Translations under genes and position numbers: made by a program
Origin: Oscillospiraceae bacterium
GTDB lineage: Bacteria; Bacillota; Clostridia; Saccharofermentanales; Saccharofermentanaceae
DNA length: 64,000 nt
NCBI GenBank assembly: GCA_015069215.1
Contig: SVJC01000001.1
Coordinates: forward strand, 25,896-89,895
Reading direction: 5' to 3'
In this document: positions 19,813 through 27,170 of the stretch, piece after piece
Layout: each line of letters begins with the position of its first letter
Position numbering within the stretch: position 1 is the stretch's first letter
The notes under the pieces: model-generated
Seen by the model: only the letters and a program-made list of their open reading frames with translations
Database searches by the model: none
What the model was told of the DNA's origin: nothing

Positions 19813-19861
19813 TTGACAACAAATATGCACTCGTGTATATTACCTACTAACCGAGTGGGTT
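19813..19861 (+). promoter_or_regulatory. sigma-A promoter of leader-metY-cysK with overlapping operator 2
   Basis: TTGACA (19813-19818), 17 nt, TATATT (19836-19841), then TACCTAC-N7-GTGGGTT (19841-19861). Confidence 0.75.
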
Positions 19862-19890
19862 ATAGTGTTTTCAGGAAAGGAGGAGCCCCA

Positions 19891-20001
19891 ATGTTAGCAG
19901 CAATTCGCAATTCCATGTGCATGTGTATGATGCCTTGTTGGCGCACTGGGAATACCGAGTGCTTCTCTTGTCATATGGACGACCTGAGCATGCGAATGTG
20001 A
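19891..20001 (+). CDS. Met/Cys-rich leader peptide (36 aa)
   Basis: Very strong RBS AGGAAAGGAGG. Sequence MLAAIRNSMCMCMMPCWRTGNTECFSCHMDDLSMRM contains 8 Met and 5 Cys. It lies directly upstream of metY-cysK. Confidence 0.8.
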   Translation: MLAAIRNSMCMCMMPCWRTGNTECFSCHMDDLSMRM

Positions 20002-20028
20002 TACAGGATACGAAAATAAGATTATGGG

Positions 20029-20058
20029 AAGGGAGCGCTAAGGAAGGCTCCTTTTTTT
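20029..20058 (+). terminator. Attenuator terminator between leader peptide and metY
   Basis: AAGGGAGC-loop-GCTCCTTT followed by a T tract, 80 nt before the metY ATG. Confidence 0.75.
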
Positions 20059-20138
20059 ATTCAAAGATCACAACTTCCTTATCACCGTAAAACGGAAAAC
20101 AAAATCAAGATTTCATTTATCTAAAAGGAGATAACATT

Positions 20139-21425
20139 ATGAGCAACAAAAATTATAAATTCGAAACCCTTCAGCTTCACGTAGGCCAGGAACAGCCGGA
20201 TCCCGCAAGTGACGCAAGAGCAGTACCGATCTACGCAACAACATCTTACGTATTCCGTAATTCAGCACACGCTGAAGCACGTTTCGGACTTGCTGACGCA
20301 GGCAACATCTACGGCAGACTTACAAACTCCACACAGGGTGTTTTCGAAGACAGGATCGCAGCTCTCGAAGGCGGCGTAGCAGGTCTTGCAGTAGCATCAG
20401 GCGCAGCAGCGATCACATATGTAATCGAAGCTCTCGCAGTTAAGGGCGAGCACATCGTAGCACAGAAGACCATCTACGGCGGTTCCGAGAACCTCCTTGC
20501 ACACACACTTCCTCTTTATGGCATCGAGACAACATTCGTCAACATCCATGACCTTGAAGAAGTAAAAGCAGCCATCAGACCCAACACAAAGGCTCTCTAC
20601 ATCGAGACATTGGGCAACCCTTCTTCTGACATCCCGGATATCGAAGCACTCGCCAAGATCGCTCACGAAGCAGGCATCCCGCTCGTTATCGACAATACTT
20701 TCGGTACTCCTTACCTCATCAGACCTATCGAGTACGGTGCAGATATCGTAGTTCATTCCGCTACAAAGTTCATCGGCGGTCACGGCACGACATTGGGCGG
20801 CGTTATCGTTGATTCCGGTAAGTTCGACTGGGCTAAGTCAGGCAAGTATCCCTGGATCTCCGAACCCAACCCCAGCTATCACGGAGTTAAGTTCACAGAG
20901 GCAGCAGGCCCTGCAGCATTCGCAGTTTACATCAGAGCCATCCTGCTCCGTGACACCGGTTCTTCCATCTCGCCTTTCGCGGCATTCCTGCTCCTCCAGG
21001 GCACAGAGACACTTTCTCTCCGCGTAGAGCGTCACATCGAGAATACAAATAAGGTTCTTGTATACCTTAAGAATCATCCGAAGGTTGAGAAGGTCTTCCA
21101 CCCTGCACTCGAAGATCACCCCGATCACGAAGTATACAAGAAGTACTTCCCCAACGGCGGCGGCTCCATCTTCACATTCAACGTTAAGGGCGGAAAGAAG
21201 GAAGCATTCGATTTCATCGATCACCTCGAGATCTTCTCACTCCTCGCCAACGTAGCAGACGTTAAGAGCCTTGTAATCCACCCTGCAAGCACAACACACT
21301 CACAGCTTTCCGAAGAAGAGCTCAACGATGTTGGTATCTACCAGAACACGATCCGTCTCTCCATCGGAACAGAGCACATCGATGACATCATCGCTGACCT
21401 CGAAAAGGGTTTTGCAGCCATCTGA
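20139..21425 (+). CDS. metY: O-acetylhomoserine aminocarboxypropyltransferase / sulfhydrylase
   Basis: FETLQLHVGQE, PIY.TTSYVF, NIYGRL.N, VHSATKFIGGHG, LANVADVKSLVIHPASTTHSQL and IRLSIG.E. Confidence 0.93.
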   Translation: MSNKNYKFETLQLHVGQEQPDPASDARAVPIYATTSYVFRNSAHAEARFGLADAGNIYGRLTNSTQGVFEDRIAALEGGVAGLAVASGAAAITYVIEALAVKGEHIVAQKTIYGGSENLLAHTLPLYGIETTFVNIHDLEEVKAAIRPNTKALYIETLGNPSSDIPDIEALAKIAHEAGIPLVIDNTFGTPYLIRPIEYGADIVVHSATKFIGGHGTTLGGVIVDSGKFDWAKSGKYPWISEPNPSYHGVKFTEAAGPAAFAVYIRAILLRDTGSSISPFAAFLLLQGTETLSLRVERHIENTNKVLVYLKNHPKVEKVFHPALEDHPDHEVYKKYFPNGGGSIFTFNVKGGKKEAFDFIDHLEIFSLLANVADVKSLVIHPASTTHSQLSEEELNDVGIYQNTIRLSIGTEHIDDIIADLEKGFAAI

Positions 21426-21481
21426 ACATAATGGAAAATAACTGATATTATTAGTAAGAAAGAAATTGAAGGAGAATCACC

Positions 21482-22414
21482 ATGACTAAGATCTACACGT
21501 CAGCCGATCAGCTTATCGGAAAGACACCGCTTCTTGAACTCACACACGTTGAAAAGGAATTGGGCCTTGAGGCAAAGCTCGTTGCAAAGCTTGAGTACTT
21601 CAATCCCGCAGGAAGCGTTAAGGACCGTATTGCCAAGGCTATCATCGAGGACGCTGAGGCATCCGGAAGACTTAAGGAAGGCAGCGTCATCATCGAGCCT
21701 ACAAGCGGCAACACCGGTATCGGTCTTGCTTCCGTAGCTGCAGCTAAGGGTTACCGTTTGATCATCACAATGCCAGAGACGATGAGCGTTGAGAGAAGAC
21801 AGCTCATCAAAGCTTACGGTGCAGAGCTCGTTCTCACAGAAGGCGCTAAGGGCATGAAGGGTGCCATCGCAAAGGCCGAGGAGCTCCAGAAAGAGATCCC
21901 GAACAGCATCATTGCCGGCCAGTTCATCAACCCTGCAAATCCTAAGGCACACAGAGAAACGACAGGACCCGAGATCTGGGAAGACACAGACGGCGAAGTT
22001 GATATCTTCGTTGCAGGCGTAGGCACAGGCGGAACAGTCACAGGTGTCGGTGAATTCCTCAAGTCGAAGAAATCATCCGTAAAGGTCGTCGCAGTCGAGC
22101 CCGCTGACTCTCCCGTTTTGAGTAAGGGCACTGCAGGTGCACATAAGATCCAGGGTATCGGTGCCGGCTTCGTACCTGAAGTCCTCAACACAGGCGTTTA
22201 TGACGAAGTCATCCCCGTTACAAACGATGATGCATTCGCAACAGGCAAGCTCTTAGGTCATAGTGAAGGCGTACTTGTAGGTATCTCTTCCGGTGCAGCT
22301 CTCTGGGCAGCCATCGAGCTCGCTAAACGTCCCGAGAACAAGGGCAAGACGATCGTAGCGCTTCTCCCTGATACAGGCGACCGTTACCTCTCCACTCCTC
22401 TTTTCCAGGAATAA
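21482..22414 (+). CDS. cysK: Cysteine synthase A
   Basis: [45 protein letters not shown] and GISSGA. Confidence 0.95.
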   Translation: MTKIYTSADQLIGKTPLLELTHVEKELGLEAKLVAKLEYFNPAGSVKDRIAKAIIEDAEASGRLKEGSVIIEPTSGNTGIGLASVAAAKGYRLIITMPETMSVERRQLIKAYGAELVLTEGAKGMKGAIAKAEELQKEIPNSIIAGQFINPANPKAHRETTGPEIWEDTDGEVDIFVAGVGTGGTVTGVGEFLKSKKSSVKVVAVEPADSPVLSKGTAGAHKIQGIGAGFVPEVLNTGVYDEVIPVTNDDAFATGKLLGHSEGVLVGISSGAALWAAIELAKRPENKGKTIVALLPDTGDRYLSTPLFQE

Positions 22415-22441
22415 ACCAGAAGCCAATTGGATTTCCAACAT

Positions 22442-22480
22442 AAAAGGGCCCTTGAAGCAGAAGCTTCAGGGGTCCTTTTC
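22442..22480 (+). terminator. Terminator after cysK (probably bidirectional)
   Basis: AAAAGGGCCCTTGAAGC-AGAA-GCTTCAGGGGTCCTTTT. Confidence 0.8.
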
Positions 22481-22489
22481 AGTTACGGT

Positions 22490-22700
22490 TTATCCTTCCC
22501 GCCTGTAGCTGCCGGGCGTCATTCCCGTTGTCTTGGCGAAATGCCGGTCTTACCTGGTTCATCAGCGGATTGTTCGCTCTCATCAGATACATCGTAAAGA
22601 CGAGAAGCGCCGGCTTCCTTGCACTTGCCTCTTATGGCAGGACCAGTGAATTAAAGGGCAAGGCAAAGGTTACCGCGATCACCGAAAAGGCCTCTTAATA
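22490..22700 (-). pseudogene. Degenerate remnant ending in an AraC-type C-terminus
   Basis: 22546-22490 translates as RHFAKTTGMTPGSYRREG*, the AraC F.K..G.TP..YR signature. The upstream hydrophobic stretch is in another frame and contains a stop. Confidence 0.5.
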
Positions 22701-22740
22701 CTACTACCGAACACATCTCCCCTAGATATACCCATCCCTC

Positions 22741-22773
22741 AAATAAGCACTTTCTTCGCGGAAGTGCTTATTT
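22741..22773. terminator. Perfect 12-bp inverted repeat insulating the kinase locus
   Basis: AAATAAGCACTT-tcttcgcgg-AAGTGCTTATTT. Confidence 0.55.
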
Positions 22774-22774
22774 A

Positions 22775-22950
22775 TTAAATGTCTATTAATTCTGTTAAAT
22801 TTGAGTTTTCTTTCCCCAAACAGGCACTCAAAAAGATTAGTATTAGTGTATATTCTGGCATGCTGCGAGAAGAAACCACATCCAGCCGGCTTTCTGCCAA
22901 ATAACATAGACGAAAGACAGTGTCACACAAGAAATAGGAAGGTGTTAGGA
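22775..22950 (+). promoter_or_regulatory. Conserved 5' leader of kinase 1 (copy 1)
   Basis: The ungapped 71-nt core (22775-22845) matches 26985-27055 at 59/71 by manual count. Stem TTTGAGT/ACTCAAA. Confidence 0.65.
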
Positions 22951-24771
22951 ATGGCAAACGAGAATAAAAGATTTCCGGATATCAGCGTAATCTGGCCAAA
23001 TTGGAAGATAACGGAAATTATCGGAAGGGGATCATTCGGTACCGTATATAAAGCTGTTCACGAAACCGCTGTAGTAGCTGGCGATGCCGCAGCTATAAAA
23101 GTAATCAGTATCCCAAATGAAGACAGCGAAACAGAAAACCGTAAGCTGGACGGGGCTTCCGAGGACGAGATCCGTAAAGAATACGAAGAGATCCGTGATG
23201 AATATGTTAACGAGATCAAATTCATGATGGATTTCAGAGACACCCCTAATGTCGTCAGGATCGAAGACTATGAGGTCGTTCCCAAAAAAGACAGCATCGG
23301 CTGGATCATATATATAAGGATGGAGTTACTGACCGATCTGAGGGTATGGGCAAACGAGCATGGTATTAACGCACATGATGTGATCCGGATCGGAAAAGAT
23401 ATCTGCCGTGCATTGATTACATGCGAAAAAAGGCATCTTTTGCACCGTGATATCAAGCAAAGCAATATCATGGTAAATACTACAACGAACACTTTTAAAC
23501 TTTCTGATTTCGGTATTGCAAAATACAACAATGCCCTTAATTGGAGCCTGTCTTTTAAAGGCACTCCCGATTACATGGCACCGGAAGTCTGTCAATTCAG
23601 TGAATATGACTCGCGGATAGATATCTATTCACTTGGTATGGTCTTGTATTATTACATGAACAAGAAACGTGGCCCGTTCCTTGTTCTAGACAGACTGCCT
23701 ACGGCTAATGAAAGAGAGAATGCCAACCAGAGGAGATATCAGGGCGAGCCTCTCCCTGCTCCTGCAGAAGCAGCACCTGCATTGTCCGAAGTAATACTCC
23801 ATGCCTGTGCGTACGATCCGAATGACCGTTTTCAGTCAGCTAAGGAATTCTACGATGCCCTGTGCCAGGTTGAAGCCGGAACATACAAGGTCGGCACTTA
23901 TGTTGCGTCAAATACAAATCTGCAGGTCGAGAATAAACTTCCGCAAGATGATTATGATTCCGGCACGGTAATGGTCCGACGTGCACCCGGCAGTTCTGTG
24001 CCGGAAATGTCTCAGGCACCTGTTTTTGTCCCGGCACAACCTGTTTCAAACGTGCAAAAGCCAATTACTGAAATGAAGAAAAAGAGATCTTCATTACCAG
24101 TCGTTATCATCGTGATTTTATTATTGATATCTGCTGCATGTGCAGTAGCGGTTTATCTGTTGCAAAACCATAAACCCATCAAAGAAAACAACAGCGAACG
24201 TATTACCGAAGAATCGGAATCTACCACGATAACAACTACAACTGCTACAACAACTACTACTGTTACACAGCCTGAAACAACAAGCCAGGCCACAACCGCC
24301 GAAAGCACTTATGAAACTTCTGGATCTGCACCTTTAGTTAATAAATTCTATGCATTCCCTGGCTGGTATGAGTTGGATAAGACTGTAGTAAAAAACAACA
24401 TGATTGCTGAAACTAGAAGCGATTATTGGTGGGAAAACGCTGACGGCACTAAAAATCCATATATATGGTTATATGTTTTCGATAAAGATGGTCACGCAAT
24501 TTGTGAATACTCTTGGCTTTGTTGTTCTAATGAGGCAAATGCAAAGGCAATGTATAACACTATCATGGGATATTCTTCCGATGAAGAAAAAAAAGATGTC
24601 TATTTAGACGGTAAATACATAGCGTTTAACAAACGCTACGCTGAATTAGATACTATTTTGAAAGTTGCTGGCTATAGTTCTTATGATCAAATTACCATGA
24701 AAGATGTTATTAGATATTTAGATGGATCTTTATGGGGGAAAGAACCTTCTGGCGAGATAGTATACAAATAA
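22951..24771 (+). CDS. Hanks-type Ser/Thr protein kinase with single TM, Thr-rich stalk and extracellular domain
   Basis: GRGSFGTVY, AIK, HRDIKQSN, DFG and GTPDYMAPE; TM PVVIIVILLLISAACAVAVYLL; TTTTATTTTT stalk. ATG 22951 follows an AGGAAGG RBS and aligns with the paralog start. Confidence 0.93.
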   Translation: MANENKRFPDISVIWPNWKITEIIGRGSFGTVYKAVHETAVVAGDAAAIKVISIPNEDSETENRKLDGASEDEIRKEYEEIRDEYVNEIKFMMDFRDTPNVVRIEDYEVVPKKDSIGWIIYIRMELLTDLRVWANEHGINAHDVIRIGKDICRALITCEKRHLLHRDIKQSNIMVNTTTNTFKLSDFGIAKYNNALNWSLSFKGTPDYMAPEVCQFSEYDSRIDIYSLGMVLYYYMNKKRGPFLVLDRLPTANERENANQRRYQGEPLPAPAEAAPALSEVILHACAYDPNDRFQSAKEFYDALCQVEAGTYKVGTYVASNTNLQVENKLPQDDYDSGTVMVRRAPGSSVPEMSQAPVFVPAQPVSNVQKPITEMKKKRSSLPVVIIVILLLISAACAVAVYLLQNHKPIKENNSERITEESESTTITTTTATTTTTVTQPETTSQATTAESTYETSGSAPLVNKFYAFPGWYELDKTVVKNNMIAETRSDYWWENADGTKNPYIWLYVFDKDGHAICEYSWLCCSNEANAKAMYNTIMGYSSDEEKKDVYLDGKYIAFNKRYAELDTILKVAGYSSYDQITMKDVIRYLDGSLWGKEPSGEIVYK

Positions 24772-24806
24772 GCCAAAGCTATAATTTTGTATAAGGAGAC
24801 GTAATT

Positions 24807-26393
24807 ATGCCTATCTGTACTTGGTGCGGTGAAAACAACGAAAACGAAGGACCTATCTGCGTAAAATGCGGAAATCCCCTGCCGGGTTCCCAGCCGTCAG
24901 TTCCGGATAATCAGAATGTTCTTGCCTGCCCAAAGTGCGGAACAAAATACGAAGCCGGTGATCAGTTCTGTACAAGATGCGGTAACACTTTAGATCTCCC
25001 CGTTCCGCCTGAAAGTAAACCTGATCCTGCACCGGCAGATCCCGCGCCGCTTGCTTGTCCAAAATGTGGTAAGGGTTACGAAAAGGGAGATAAGTTTTGC
25101 ACGAAATGCGGTACTTCTTTCGTTCAGCCTGCCAAACCGGTTCAGAACGTTTTTGTGCCCGCACCTGTACCTTCTCCGGCTCCTACCCGGGAACCCGAAC
25201 AGAAAAATATATGTCCGGAGTGCGGCGAGATCAATCCTAAGTCGTTGCGTTTTTGCGCAAATTGCGGCAGCTCGCTTGCCTCATCTGACAGTGTGTTTCA
25301 GAAAACTCAAAATCCGTTCAATAATCTCATAGTCACTCCGGCTCAGGCTCCGCGTCAGGCACAGACATCCGGACAGAAGAACATCTGCCCGACTTGCGGC
25401 GAGATCAATTCAACGAACAGTCATTACTGTGTAAAATGCGGCGGCACGCTCAATCCTGTTAACAAATCAGTAAATGCAACTCAGGTAGCCAGACGTCCGA
25501 CTCAGGCAGGCGTTGATCCTCTGACATTGCTGACGCATTATGACGGCCAGGAAAAGACCTTCAGTCTGGAAGGACACGAATTTACGATCTCAAAAGAAAT
25601 GGACGCATATGTCTATTACAGAAAGATGTTTAAGCAGGCCGCCAAGTTCATGGTTCAGCAAGTAATGCCTGAATATAATGCTCAGGTCCACAATTTGGAC
25701 GATTACTTTGCTAAATTTCCGATCATGTATGTACACTACAGAAGATTTTTGATCGATCAGGCTGTAAAGATCCTGATAAGCTACGATATCTACGACATCT
25801 CTCGCGAAGAATTCGAAGAAGAACTTGGCAACGAATTCAGCAAATGCAACGTAAAATACCAGGAACTCATCGAAGCATTCAATCAAACGATTGAGGATAA
25901 CCAGGCACGCGCAGCAATGCGTGGAAGTCTGTTGCCGACAGTCTTTTTCAGCGGCGGCGTTTTGGGATTTGCCAAGGCAATCGCTTATAATGCCGCTTCA
26001 ACAGCCATAGTTGAAGCAAGCATCAGAAATGCTAATGTAACCCGCGCGCAAAGAAATGAGCTTTTCAGAAGAATAACGCTCTCCGAATTGTTCGAAGATG
26101 TATTTCATGATTATTGGGATGTCCACTACTCGCTGACATACAGATTGCATGAAAGCGGTGCTGATGTATGGTATCCGAGCGTGGAAGGCAACACAAAGGC
26201 TCAGGGCCTTATGAGAAATCTCAACAGCAATCTTATTCCGGAAGACAGGATAGTCACCGTTCTTCTTAAGATATTTGAAACCCGTCCCATGCAGACCGGT
26301 TGTCTTGATTACGTGGTCAGGAAGTTTGGCCGTACCCCGGAAGTTAAGGCGATATGTGATTATTACGGATATGAAGCCGGAATCGGCAACTGA
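24807..26393 (+). CDS. Protein with five zinc-ribbon modules and an unknown helical C-terminal domain
   Basis: Five CxxCG-x(8-9)-CxxCG units separated by P/Q-rich linkers. The C-terminus contains FFSGGVLGFAKAIAYNAAS. Confidence 0.88.
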   Translation: MPICTWCGENNENEGPICVKCGNPLPGSQPSVPDNQNVLACPKCGTKYEAGDQFCTRCGNTLDLPVPPESKPDPAPADPAPLACPKCGKGYEKGDKFCTKCGTSFVQPAKPVQNVFVPAPVPSPAPTREPEQKNICPECGEINPKSLRFCANCGSSLASSDSVFQKTQNPFNNLIVTPAQAPRQAQTSGQKNICPTCGEINSTNSHYCVKCGGTLNPVNKSVNATQVARRPTQAGVDPLTLLTHYDGQEKTFSLEGHEFTISKEMDAYVYYRKMFKQAAKFMVQQVMPEYNAQVHNLDDYFAKFPIMYVHYRRFLIDQAVKILISYDIYDISREEFEEELGNEFSKCNVKYQELIEAFNQTIEDNQARAAMRGSLLPTVFFSGGVLGFAKAIAYNAASTAIVEASIRNANVTRAQRNELFRRITLSELFEDVFHDYWDVHYSLTYRLHESGADVWYPSVEGNTKAQGLMRNLNSNLIPEDRIVTVLLKIFETRPMQTGCLDYVVRKFGRTPEVKAICDYYGYEAGIGN

Positions 26394-26410
26394 TCAAAGG
26401 AAGTATTGAT

Positions 26411-26809
26411 ATGGATAACCGTTACTATCAGCAACCGCAATACACCCCTACTTACCAGCCACCGGATTACGGCCAGTTCGGAAATCCTACAAACCAGGTC
26501 TACAACAATCCTATGACCATGGCTGCCAGCGCTGCGGGTGACAGAAATACCCCTGAACTCAAAACGGCTCACATCTTTGCAATCATAAGCATGATATGCG
26601 GTATCGCCGGATTGGTACTTGCATTATATTACGGTCTTGGCGCCTTCATCGGCGGCGGACCGGGACTTGTATTTGCGATCATTTCGGGCAAACTCGGTAA
26701 TGCCAGCGGAATGAGAAAGACAGGATTGATCCTTTCGATCATATCGCTTGCATTAAGTGCCTTCGTATTTGCGCTGACTTATCTAATTTCGTCTGCATTC
26801 AGCTTTTAA
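26411..26809 (+). CDS. Small membrane protein with Q/P/Y/N-rich N-terminus (DUF4190-like architecture)
   Basis: YYQQPQYTPTYQPP tail, then AIISMICGIAGL...GLVFAIIS...GLILSIISL helices. Confidence 0.8.
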   Translation: MDNRYYQQPQYTPTYQPPDYGQFGNPTNQVYNNPMTMAASAAGDRNTPELKTAHIFAIISMICGIAGLVLALYYGLGAFIGGGPGLVFAIISGKLGNASGMRKTGLILSIISLALSAFVFALTYLISSAFSF

Positions 26810-26845
26810 TGATCTAATCATAAGCAACTGTTTGGAGGGCGTAAT

Positions 26846-26962
26846 ATAATCTATTGCAGAAAATGTGGCAAAAAGCTTGCTAATGATGCCATTGTCATTC
26901 TTTGTATCATTGCTCTTGTCTGTTTTGGCTGCGCGTTATTCATTTATCTCACATTCAGATAA
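26846..26962 (+). pseudogene. Decayed zinc-ribbon + TM mini-gene (ATA in place of ATG)
   Basis: GGAGG RBS (26834-26838), then ATA ATC TAT TGC... = IIYCRKCGKKLANDAIVILCIIALVCFGCALFIYLTFR*. It parallels MIYCNNCGKPLADG of 28884 but lacks the second CxxC. Confidence 0.65.
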
Positions 26963-26984
26963 AACCGGTTCCGCCCCAAAAATA

Positions 26985-27170
26985 TTAATTGTCTATTAAA
27001 TCTGTAAAATTTGGGTGATACCTCTCCAAACAGGCACCCAAAAAGATTAGAATTAACATACGTAACACCGATATTCCGGTACGATGCGAGGGGAAAACGC
27101 AAAGCGCCGGTTTTTCGCCGGATTACATTGGCAAAGACGGTGTTGCGCACGTTACAGGAAGGTGTAGAGA
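26985..27170 (+). promoter_or_regulatory. Conserved 5' leader of kinase 2 (copy 2)
   Basis: Homologous to 22775-22950. Stem TTTGGGTG/CACCCAAA shows a compensatory A-T to G-C change relative to copy 1. Confidence 0.65.

Noticed and set aside
19891-20001. Leader peptide as a RiPP precursor or metallothionein
   Set aside because: No modifying enzyme, transporter or metal regulator is adjacent. Position, codon bias and the alternative hairpins fit attenuation better. Not fully excluded.
19862-20138. S-box (SAM) or Cys/Met T-box ahead of metY
   Set aside because: I could not find the SAM-I core (AUC..AGA...GAU) arrangement or the GGTGGNACCGC T-box sequence by eye; an Rfam scan would settle it.
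22722-22907. Antisense ORFs 22722-22907 and 26944-27150 share NLF.CLFGE...KF.R.NR.LI, suggesting a small antisense protein
   Set aside because: An 11-nt indel puts the upstream halves in different frames, the key differences (GAG/GGG, CTC/CCC) are non-synonymous but base-pair compensatory, and there is no RBS. The similarity is better explained by the conserved non-coding leader.
22801-22950. 50-codon N-terminal extension of kinase 1 in the ORF track
   Set aside because: The paralog starts at the equivalent ATG with the same AGGAAGGTGT RBS, and the extension is out of frame in copy 2.
27097-27110. ACGCAAAGCGCCGG resembles the c-di-GMP-I riboswitch junction
   Set aside because: The upstream GGCAAAC/GNRA stem is missing, and the motif is not kept in copy 1 (CCACATCCAGCCGG).
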